A DNA stretch of 64,000 nt from Nitrospirota bacterium (GTDB taxonomy: Bacteria; Nitrospirota; UBA9217), in assembly GCA_963790205.1 (NCBI GenBank), contig CAWBNQ010000001.1, forward strand, positions 960,001 to 1,024,000, read 5' to 3'. Within the stretch, counting starts at the first letter, position 1. Every line of letters begins with the position of its first letter. Below the pieces are notes generated by a model that searched no databases, was not told the origin of the DNA, and saw only the letters and a list, made by a program, of their open reading frames with translations. This document shows, in pieces, positions 1 to 7,973 of the stretch. Position numbers and translations under genes: made by a program.

Positions 1-689
1 GCGCTGTGATGAGGCTGGTTGTCGGCATGCTCGGGGGTTTGGGCTCCGCGCTCTCGAACATTATCCTGATCCTGCTCACCGTAACGTTTATCCTGCTCGA
101 GGCCTCAAGCTTCCCGGTCAAGCTCCGCGCTGTCCTCGGCGATCCTCAGCAGGCATTTCCCCAGTTCACGAGGTTCGTTGATGATATTAAGCGTTATATG
201 ATCATCAAGACGGGGATCAGCCTGACCGCGGGTATCCTGATCGGGATATGGCTCTCCATCCTCGGCGTGGATTCTCCTGTTCTCTGGGGTTTCCTGGCCT
301 TTCTGCTCCACTATGTACCCAATGTCGGCTTTATCATCGCCGCGGTCCCCGCGGTTATTCTCACCCTTGTCCAACTCGGGATTGGCCGTGCCGCGCTCAC
401 CGCTGCCGGATATCTAGCCGTTAGTTTCATGCTCGGCAACGTGGTCGAACCGAGGCTCATGGGGCGGAGGCTCGGCCTGTCCACGCTGGTCGTATTTCTT
501 TCGTTGATCATTTGGGGAAGCCTGCTAGGTCTGATCGGTGTGGTTCTGTGCATACCATTTACCATGACGCTGAAGTTCGCATGTGAGAATAATGAAAGCA
601 CACGATGGATCGCCGTTTTGCTCGGGCCTGAGGCGGCCGCTGAAAACCTTCCACCAGTGTCGAAAAAAGGAAACGGTCCTGAGATCTGA
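1..689 (+). CDS. AI-2E family transporter (5' end outside window)
   Basis: Multi-TM hydrophobic ORF with 'WGFLAFLLHYVPNVG' and 'GNVVEPRLMGRRLGLS' motifs typical of AI-2E/PerM; frame open to the window edge. Confidence 0.9.
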   Translation, partial: AVMRLVVGMLGGLGSALSNIILILLTVTFILLEASSFPVKLRAVLGDPQQAFPQFTRFVDDIKRYMIIKTGISLTAGILIGIWLSILGVDSPVLWGFLAFLLHYVPNVGFIIAAVPAVILTLVQLGIGRAALTAAGYLAVSFMLGNVVEPRLMGRRLGLSTLVVFLSLIIWGSLLGLIGVVLCIPFTMTLKFACENNESTRWIAVLLGPEAAAENLPPVSKKGNGPEI

Positions 690-804
690 ACAAAGTTTGA
701 GGAGGCCTGATAGAAAAGTAAACGCGTTGTAATGTTGGATTGACCCGTCGCCCGGGACATCTTTCCGAGGAAGGGGGCAAGGAAAACACGCGAGAAGGTT
801 AAAC

Positions 805-2241
805 ATGACTCTCAAGAGAAAAAAAGTCTTCTTCATAACAACGGGCGTAGTCACCCTTGTCGTCTTTGCGATCTTCCTCGCTCTCCTGCTGAACGTACAA
901 GCCTTTAAACCGCGAATCGAGGTAGCGGCATCGAGTGCTCTGGGAATGGATGTCCGGATCAAAGGCAGGTTGGGCATCGATCTCCTTCCGGGTTTCGGCA
1001 TATCGCTGAGGAACGTCAGCGTGCAGAAGAAGGGAGCGGATGTCGTTACCGCAGAAAAGATGAGGATAGGGCTGAGGCTTATCCCTCTTGCGAGGCGTGA
1101 AGTCCGGCTCAGCCGGGTCGGGCTTATCAAACCGGTCTTCTCCATAGTCCGGTATAAAAACGGGATGTTCAATTTTGAAAAACCGGGACGCACACTATTG
1201 GAAAGGCTCCTTACTGTGAACAAGATATCCATCTCGGAGGGGAGACTTATTTATACTGATGAAGGATCCGGCGAGAGGATCGAAGTGGACGGCTTTGATG
1301 CGACCATACGAAACCTTTCATACGGAAGGACGGAAGGCGCGGAACCATTCAAGAACGTCTCATTCGACGGGGATATCAGATGCAAGACGCTCACGATCAA
1401 CAACCTCACCCTGACAAACCTCGCGATAAGAACAGCTGCTGAAAACGGGATACTCGATATAAACCCGGTCAGTATGCACATTTTCGGAGGGACCGGGAAG
1501 GGAAGCGTTCATGTGGACGTGACAAGGGCGTCGCCTCATTACCGGCTCATCACAACTCTTAACCGGTTCAGGATCGAGGAGCTGATCCAGGCGTACTCGC
1601 CCGGGAACCCCCGCCAGAAAAGCATGGAAGGGACGGCCAACTTTTCCTCGGACCTGACGGCAACGGGGAAGAGCGTAGATGAGGTGAAGAGATCGCTCAA
1701 CGGAGACGTTTCCTTGAGCGGGGAGAACCTTATGCTCACCGGCATCGATATCGATGCCCTTATCTCGAAGTACGAACGAAGCCAAAACTTCAACCTCGTG
1801 GACGTAGGTGCGTACTTCCTCGCGGGCCCCTTCGGGCCGGTACTCACCAAGAGCTACAATTTTGGAAGCCTGTACGAAGAGTCGCGAGGCGGACAAGGGA
1901 TCATCAGGGAACTCGTCTCGATCTGGAAAGTAAAAAACGGCATTGCCGGGGCGACGGATGTAGCCCTTGCTACAAAAAAATACCGGATCGCCATGAAGGG
2001 TGGATTGAATTTCAACAACGACCAATTTGTCGATGTCACCGTCGCGGTCCTCGATAAACGAGGGTGCGCCGTTTACAGCCAGAAAGTGCACGGGCCGTTC
2101 CATAAGGCGAAGATCGAGAAGATAAGTATTTTTAAGTCAATTACGGGATCCGTGTCGAACGCACTGAAAGATGCATGGAAATTCGTTGGTGGAGAGTGCA
2201 CGCCATTTTATTCAGGTTCGGTAGCGCAGCCGGAGGGGTAA
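805..2241 (+). CDS. AsmA family protein
   Basis: N-terminal TM anchor, 'FKPRIEVAASSALGMDVRIKG', 'SLNGDVSLSGEN', C-terminal beta-groove-like segment. Confidence 0.8.
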   Translation: MTLKRKKVFFITTGVVTLVVFAIFLALLLNVQAFKPRIEVAASSALGMDVRIKGRLGIDLLPGFGISLRNVSVQKKGADVVTAEKMRIGLRLIPLARREVRLSRVGLIKPVFSIVRYKNGMFNFEKPGRTLLERLLTVNKISISEGRLIYTDEGSGERIEVDGFDATIRNLSYGRTEGAEPFKNVSFDGDIRCKTLTINNLTLTNLAIRTAAENGILDINPVSMHIFGGTGKGSVHVDVTRASPHYRLITTLNRFRIEELIQAYSPGNPRQKSMEGTANFSSDLTATGKSVDEVKRSLNGDVSLSGENLMLTGIDIDALISKYERSQNFNLVDVGAYFLAGPFGPVLTKSYNFGSLYEESRGGQGIIRELVSIWKVKNGIAGATDVALATKKYRIAMKGGLNFNNDQFVDVTVAVLDKRGCAVYSQKVHGPFHKAKIEKISIFKSITGSVSNALKDAWKFVGGECTPFYSGSVAQPEG

Positions 2242-2287
2242 AACATGATCTATGATAATGCAGATCCCTCAGCGAGCGGGACACATT

Positions 2288-2668
2288 TTATATTTTCCGA
2301 ATGCTCTTTATCAAAGGAATACTGAACAGCGCAAGAACAGCGGCATCCACGCCGACATTGAACCAGACGCCGAGATATGCTGAAAACAAAACTTAGACAA
2401 CAAGCCACACCGCGAGCCCGTACAACAATGTTTTCAGCAGATCGGGGTCGTTCCTTCTGAAAGCGAGGCGTCCAACAAAGAAAAGCGTTGTTCCCCAGCC
2501 CATCATAAGTGCGCCGTAGATCGCGCTCTCCTATTGCAATAAGACATCCCTCCGGACCGGCAGGATGCCGAGCCCAAGGAAAGCGAACACGATCCCTGCG
2601 AGGATGAGCATGGTGGAAACGATGCTGAACCACACCTTGTTTGCGATGATCTTTTTTTCAACTGACAT
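2288..2668 (-). pseudogene. Small multi-TM membrane protein with two in-frame nonsense codons
   Basis: Manual translation: MSVEKKIIANKVWFSIV...VLLQ*ESAIYGALMMGWGTT...WLVV*VLFSAYLGVWFNVGVD...KSIRKI*; internal TAG at 2531-2533 and TAA at 2393-2395. Confidence 0.7.
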
Positions 2669-2734
2669 CCGGCGACCTTCTTAAGAAAAGCCTGTTGCCC
2701 AACCCAATCGCTTCCTCACGGCACTCTTCTTTCC

Positions 2735-2780
2735 AAAAAAGAAAAAGAGGAGAAGCGATCACTGGATGCGCTTCTCCTCT
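2735..2780 (-). terminator. Rho-independent terminator after VOC gene
   Basis: 12-bp stem AGAGGAGAAGCG/CGCTTCTCCTCT followed by a T-rich tract on the minus strand. Confidence 0.8.
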
Positions 2781-2816
2781 CGATCCGGGCTTACGTTCAT
2801 GCTCTCTCGCCTTCAC

Positions 2817-3203
2817 TCACTTCATTGAATGAAGCGCCAGCCTGTTCCCCTCCGTGTCCTCGTACTGTGCGATGAACCCGTACTGTCCGATAGCTGTTTT
2901 CGGCATCAGCGTCTTTCCGCCGTTCGCATTTATCCTGCGCAAGGTCTCCAGGATATCCTCAACGCTGAAATAAACGACCGACCCTTCATGGGACGGCTCA
3001 TAGGATTCTCCCTCTACGAGCGTACCCGGAGCACCCGGAGCATTCTGCGTAAAGGGAAACATGGCCATTTTCATGCCGCCCATGTCCTCGCGGGACAACT
3101 TCACATCGAACACTTTTTCATAGAATCTCGTGGCTCTATCCAGGTCCCTGACCGGGATCTCGAACCAGTTTGCTATATGGGTCTTTACTGCGACTGTTGC
3201 CAT
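2817..3203 (-). CDS. VOC/glyoxalase family protein
   Basis: 'NWFEIPVRDLDRATRFYEKVF', 'YFSVEDI', 'DTEGNRLALHS'. Confidence 0.9.
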   Translation of the reverse strand: MATVAVKTHIANWFEIPVRDLDRATRFYEKVFDVKLSREDMGGMKMAMFPFTQNAPGAPGTLVEGESYEPSHEGSVVYFSVEDILETLRRINANGGKTLMPKTAIGQYGFIAQYEDTEGNRLALHSMK

Positions 3204-3461
3204 AGGCGCCTTCTTTCACCTGGATCCTCCTCCCGCTCGCGAAGAATCGGGACGAAAATCATATTCAGGCCTTGCTCGTTTTCCGGAATAAATCTTCCGT
3301 CAGCCGGTGCATCCACCGGCTTTTGATTAAAATATAGCACCGTTTCCGGCAGTGCATTCACCCCTCCGACCATCGTAGCAGAACGATGCGCCTCTCTCTC
3401 GATCGTTACCCGCGCGAGGTCAAATGCATCGGTTCCCGGGACACTACGACGCGGTGTCGCT

Positions 3462-4127
3462 TTACGCTGCCCGTGCTTTCTCGGCCATGGCCTTGCCGCG
3501 CTTGGCCAGGTTGAGGGCAATGCCCGTACCGCGCTTCCCCATGTAGCCGAACCAGATGTTCAGCATGCCCATGGGTTCGAGGTAGCGCGCGTTGGCGAGC
3601 GGCCCCGCGTCGACGGCATCGAAGCCCATGCTCACGATAAGCTGATGCACGGTTTTCCGGGCGGCCTCGTCGTCGCCGCAGTAGAATGCAGATGCGCGAA
3701 GACCCTTGCCGAAGTCCGGCCCCTCGTTCAATACCTGGGCGAACACCGTGTTGAATGCCTTCACGATCTTCACGCCCGGGAACGCCTTCGCGAGTTCCTC
3801 TGCAAAGGAAGTCGTAAGCCCGACGCTCAATCCCGACATGTCGGGATTGAGCGGGTTGGCAATGTCGATGACGACCTTGCCCTTCAGGTCCCCGCAGCTT
3901 TTCAGCGCGTTCACCTGCTCTCCTGCCGGCGTCGCTGCGATCAAGACGTCCACTCCCTTCGCGATCTCCGCGGGAGACACGACTTTTACCCGCGGCCCGA
4001 TCTGCTGCGCGGTCTTTTCAGCATCATTGAGGTCCCTGGCCGTCATGAACACATCATGCCCGGCAAGCGTGATGCGGCGGGCGAGCCCGGAACCCATGTT
4101 TCCTGATCCGATGATCCCTATTTTCAT
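3462..4127 (-). CDS. NADPH-dependent F420 reductase-like / NAD(P)-binding oxidoreductase
   Basis: Rossmann 'MKIGIIGSGNMG', 'VIDIANP', 'VKAFNT', 'DAGPLANARYLEP'; GGAGG RBS upstream of ATG 4127. Confidence 0.85.
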   Translation of the reverse strand: MKIGIIGSGNMGSGLARRITLAGHDVFMTARDLNDAEKTAQQIGPRVKVVSPAEIAKGVDVLIAATPAGEQVNALKSCGDLKGKVVIDIANPLNPDMSGLSVGLTTSFAEELAKAFPGVKIVKAFNTVFAQVLNEGPDFGKGLRASAFYCGDDEAARKTVHQLIVSMGFDAVDAGPLANARYLEPMGMLNIWFGYMGKRGTGIALNLAKRGKAMAEKARAA

Positions 4128-4416
4128 GGCAGTATCCTCCTCATTTTTCATAGTACCTTCTATTTCAACTTGTAGCTCCAGTGCGGGGGGATTGTCAAGG
4201 TGTTGAGCTTCCGGGAGGCCCGATAGTATGAGCGACAAAAGGATGACACGGGTTTACGTTTCACGATTGCCGGTGAAAAGAAAATAGCGCAAAAGAATGG
4301 ATATGTTTACTAACCCTTAACAAGAACAAAGTCTGACATTATAGACATAGACCTGATCATAAAAGATCCGCAGGTAAAGTAAAACCGCAACGTTATTGTT
4401 TATTGGCATATACCCC

Positions 4417-4442
4417 AACAATACCCCGTCCGGGGTATTGTT
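4417..4442. promoter_or_regulatory. Perfect inverted repeat, CsoR/RcnR-like operator
   Basis: AACAATACCCCG-TC-CGGGGTATTGTT in an AT-rich divergent intergenic region. Confidence 0.5.
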
Positions 4443-4528
4443 TATGCGGGGGTCTTCGTGTATAAGTAAACTAATAAAACTAGTCAAAACAAATAAAATA
4501 AGTATTTCCGGCTTACGGGAGGGATATA

Positions 4529-4939
4529 ATGACGAAAATTCAAGCATATGTGGAGTCAATGCATCAGGAAACGGGGATAGGATGCAGCCAGAAGACGCTT
4601 ATTGTCACCGGTGACGAGGACCTGAGGGGTATGCTCCAGTATGCCCTGGACTCCTACGGTATGCAGGTTTTGTTCTGTCAAGGCGGCGCGGAAGTCTTGG
4701 CGTTTTCGAGGATCGATCCCTTCGATTGCATCATCATAGATTGCGATACGCCCGGCATGGACGGCATTGACCTTATCAGGCGACTTCGCGAGCAATTCGT
4801 ATGTGCCGTCATTATTGGTCTGTGCAAGGAAGATAGGGGAGTAGAGTATCTTCAGGCAGGAGCGAACGACTTTCTCCAAAAACCTTTTGTCCCCTACAGG
4901 CTCGTAATGATGCTGCACGGCGGAGACATCCTTGCCTGA
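4529..4939 (+). CDS. Single-domain response regulator (receiver); start may be 4559
   Basis: 'IIIDCDTPGMDGIDLIRRLR' and 'AGANDFLQKPF'. Confidence 0.85.
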   Translation: MTKIQAYVESMHQETGIGCSQKTLIVTGDEDLRGMLQYALDSYGMQVLFCQGGAEVLAFSRIDPFDCIIIDCDTPGMDGIDLIRRLREQFVCAVIIGLCKEDRGVEYLQAGANDFLQKPFVPYRLVMMLHGGDILA

Positions 4940-5495
4940 CACGGCACGTATCGTGAGCATTGGTATGGCCCAAGGGACCCATAGGTTCAGATCTTGAAAT
5001 ATCACTTTTCCTCAAAATATCTTTCGAGGAGGTTTTTCGGCGAGATGACCCCGTTAGAGAACCATTAGAAAAGCCAAGCCTTCAATCAACACCTTGACGC
5101 ACAATCGCCGATGGACAAGCAATAACCCGCAGCCGCCCAGTTGGTCGCAGAAAGCGCGATCGTAAATGCGAGGAAACCCCTCGGTCACAGGATGTCGGCA
5201 GGATCATTTTCGAACGGGTAATCACAAGGCAAGCTCGGACACAATTTCCCCAAACATGTCCTGCTCAGAAGCGGAATTGCTATCATAAGAATGCTGCGCA
5301 ACGGGCGCAACAACATCCCCTCGTCTTTCCCCGTCCAGCGTTTCCATGCATTTTTTGAAAAAGCAAAGTCAAACACGAGAGACCCGGCCCTAAAAGTTCT
5401 GTCAAATGACCATTCTCCTGCTGTCGGCTGGACGTATTGCCATATCTTAACCACAAAACGCACAGGCAGTGCAGGGGAACAATCATCATGCGCAA

Positions 5496-6635
5496 TCAGA
5501 AATGTTCTTCCTCACGGTTTTCGGTCCGTTCGGCCCGTTTCATGCCGATTTGATTACCCCAGGCGCTGATTTGCCAGTTGTCCCTGCCGGCCTCCGGCAT
5601 CCAGGGCGGCACGGACAGCCGCAGGCGAAGGGAAAGCGAATGAACGTAGGGTTCATACATCCGCCGCAGCTCGTTAAGGCGGGAGGATACCTCCGTGTCA
5701 TCCCGGAGCTGCATGCTTTCTGTTGCGAGCGCCGCGCGCATCGAAGCGAGCTTTTGCAATGGCAGCCGGTCGACCAGCGGTTCCTCGGGCGCGACGTGCA
5801 GCACGAGCGCGAGGTCCACGATCGCATGACGGGCCATGGCAAAGGTCAATTGCGCCTGTCGCACGCAGGTTCCCTGGAGATTGGTCATGACAAAGGCGCA
5901 GGCATCGAGGATTGCGGTCAGCGCAGCAAGCCATGATTGATTATCGTGCTGGGAACGGAAATACACGAGGACCGGAAAGGAGAGATGACTTTCAAGCAAT
6001 TCCGCGGACCATCGCTCCCATTCGTGGAGGAGCCGCGTCAGCGATTCGGTGGAGGGGTCCTGCGATTGGCGCCGCAGCATTTCAACGGCCGTGGGAGGAG
6101 AGCCCGCACGCGCATCCAGGAGCGAGATGTTGACTTCTCTTTTCGAAAAGGACAGATTGAGCGCCGGCAGATAGCTGATGACGATGGCCAAAAAGCCGAA
6201 GCCCATACCCGCTTCGAGCACGATAAGGGCCCGAGCAAAGGGAGTATACGGCACGATATCTCCCAGTCCGAGCGTAAAAAAGGTCGTGCCGCTGAAATAG
6301 AGGCAGGCGCCGAACGTTACGAAGCCCTCGGGAGTTTTCAGGGCATGACCCGGCGCCCAGTAAAGAAGCGCGAAACCCGCGATCAGGACGCCGGCCCAAA
6401 ATCCCAAAAGCAGCGGCAGCGAAAGCGGGCCAAAGTAGCTCAGGTAATTTTCCTGGCGTTTTCCTTTCGAAAGCACATGGACCAGCGCAGTCCAGAGCCG
6501 CCACGTGGTCCGATAGAAGAGACGCACAAGCCGTATGCGCCTGGTCACGCGACGCGGGAAAACCACGGTTTCAAAGGCATCCGCCAGCACAATAATGATC
6601 AGGGCGACGCCCGTAATGAGTGCGAGGATCGACAT
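5496..6635 (-). CDS. Potassium channel family (Ion_trans_2) protein
   Basis: TM helices with pore loop 'YFSGTTFFTLGLGD' and a cytoplasmic C-terminal domain. Confidence 0.85.
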   Translation of the reverse strand: MSILALITGVALIIIVLADAFETVVFPRRVTRRIRLVRLFYRTTWRLWTALVHVLSKGKRQENYLSYFGPLSLPLLLGFWAGVLIAGFALLYWAPGHALKTPEGFVTFGACLYFSGTTFFTLGLGDIVPYTPFARALIVLEAGMGFGFLAIVISYLPALNLSFSKREVNISLLDARAGSPPTAVEMLRRQSQDPSTESLTRLLHEWERWSAELLESHLSFPVLVYFRSQHDNQSWLAALTAILDACAFVMTNLQGTCVRQAQLTFAMARHAIVDLALVLHVAPEEPLVDRLPLQKLASMRAALATESMQLRDDTEVSSRLNELRRMYEPYVHSLSLRLRLSVPPWMPEAGRDNWQISAWGNQIGMKRAERTENREEEHF

Positions 6636-6774
6636 GGCGATTCCACCCCCTTCACCTGCGGCATCGAAGCATGCCTGCCGGACGTGGTGATATTCCCATT
6701 ATATCACCGCAATTTCCTGCTTTTTTTTGGAGAGGGCGTGTTTTACCCGAAAATAGTTCTTTCCCGAGTAACCC

Positions 6775-6802
6775 TTGCATTTAACAAAAAAAACGGTATA
6801 AT
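6775..6802 (+). promoter_or_regulatory. Sigma70-type promoter for the RRM-rpsU operon
   Basis: TTGCAT-16 nt-TATAAT. Confidence 0.55.
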
Positions 6803-7073
6803 AAGCATATAAACCGTCAACGGGGCAAGACCCTCTCGTTTTGGATCGAGAGGTCGTCCGCGCCTCATCATCGATCACTGACTCTTCCTGCTCTCACCTT
6901 TTTTCACGTAAAAAGCGACGGCATAGCTGGGTGGCGAACGATGAGGTTTTGCGGACTCCGCGCGGGTCCGCGCCCCCCCCTTTTTTTGGAACCGGCATGA
7001 TTGCGGAGAAGACGTAAACGCGCTGTGCGGCAACGACCGCCAGCGTGAACTTGAAGCCACACAAGGAGGCAAC

Positions 7074-7394
7074 ATGGCAAAGAAACTGTATGTCGGAAAT
7101 TTGTCGTATAACACACACGAAGAGGATTTGCGGGAGGCATTCTCGAAGATCGGCGAGGTCCTGTCCGCCACGCTGATCGTCGATCAGACGAGCGGCAGGT
7201 CCAAAGGGTTCGGTTTCGTGGAGATGGCGACGGACGAGGACGCGGCTAAGGCGATCTCTTCCATGAATGGCACATCGTTCATGGACCGGACAATCACGGT
7301 AAACGAGGCCAAGCCCAAGACTGAGCGCTCTGGTTCCGGCGGTAGGGGTGATCGCGGCGGATACGGCGGCGGAGGAGGAAAATCGTGGAGATAA
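7074..7394 (+). CDS. RRM-domain RNA-binding protein with Gly-rich tail
   Basis: RNP2 'LYVGNL', RNP1 'KGFGFVEM', AAGGAGG RBS. Confidence 0.95.
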   Translation: MAKKLYVGNLSYNTHEEDLREAFSKIGEVLSATLIVDQTSGRSKGFGFVEMATDEDAAKAISSMNGTSFMDRTITVNEAKPKTERSGSGGRGDRGGYGGGGGKSWR

Positions 7395-7645
7395 GGGTCC
7401 AGTCCCAGAACATCGAAAAGGCCCTGCGGGACTTGAAGAAGAAGCTCCAGCTGGACGGCCTCATGGGAGAACTGAAGAAGCGGCGTCATTACGAAAAGCC
7501 CTCGGTGAAAAAAAAGAACAAGCAGTTGGAGGCGGAGAAGCGACGGCGGAAGCTCCTCAAGCGCGCGCGGCCATCCGGTTCGGGACCGAGACCGGGAAGG
7601 CCGTCGCACTCGCCCGCTGCATCGAATACCCCGGCCCGAACCTGA
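7385..7645 (+). CDS. rpsU: 30S ribosomal protein bS21 with C-terminal extension
   Basis: 'NIEKALRDLKKK...ELKKRRHYEKPSVKKK'; GTG start overlapping the RRM gene, GGAGG RBS. Confidence 0.9.
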   Translation: MEIRVQSQNIEKALRDLKKKLQLDGLMGELKKRRHYEKPSVKKKNKQLEAEKRRRKLLKRARPSGSGPRPGRPSHSPAASNTPART

Positions 7646-7690
7646 CGCGGGAATAATCAGAGACCCTCGTAAAAAAGGAGGTGATGAGGC

Positions 7691-7753
7691 ATGGCAGCTT
7701 CACAGCACGGTGCAAAGAAGGAAGTAAAAAAACCGAAGAGCAAAAAGAAATAA
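7691..7753 (+). CDS. 20-aa Lys-rich micropeptide MAASQHGAKKEVKKPKSKKK
   Basis: Extended SD AAGGAGGTGA at 7675-7684 at normal spacing; clean ATG...TAA. Confidence 0.6.
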   Translation: MAASQHGAKKEVKKPKSKKK

Positions 7754-7973
7754 TCTTCTCGTCTAGCCGCAAGAGCTGACCCGAGAGGTTCTCGGATAGG
7801 TGACCTGACCCTCAGGTTCCCCTGCATCCGCCTAACAATTCCGAATTTTGCAGTCGCATTCCGAAATTTCAGCACGGTGCGTCTTTGAGGAACGGCTTTA
7901 ACAGGAGAGCTACATTCTTACTTGACAGACTTTTTCACAGGTGACCATGAATGCTCCTCTTGCGGGCGACCCG

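Noticed and set aside
2393..2533. Stop-codon recoding (pyrrolysine or alternative code) explaining the in-frame TAG
   Set aside because: The same frame also has TAA, and TAG, TAA and TGA all terminate clear genes elsewhere in the window
4940..5495. Short ORFs between the response regulator and the channel (for example 5185-5316 minus)
   Set aside because: No recognisable motif or convincing coding signature
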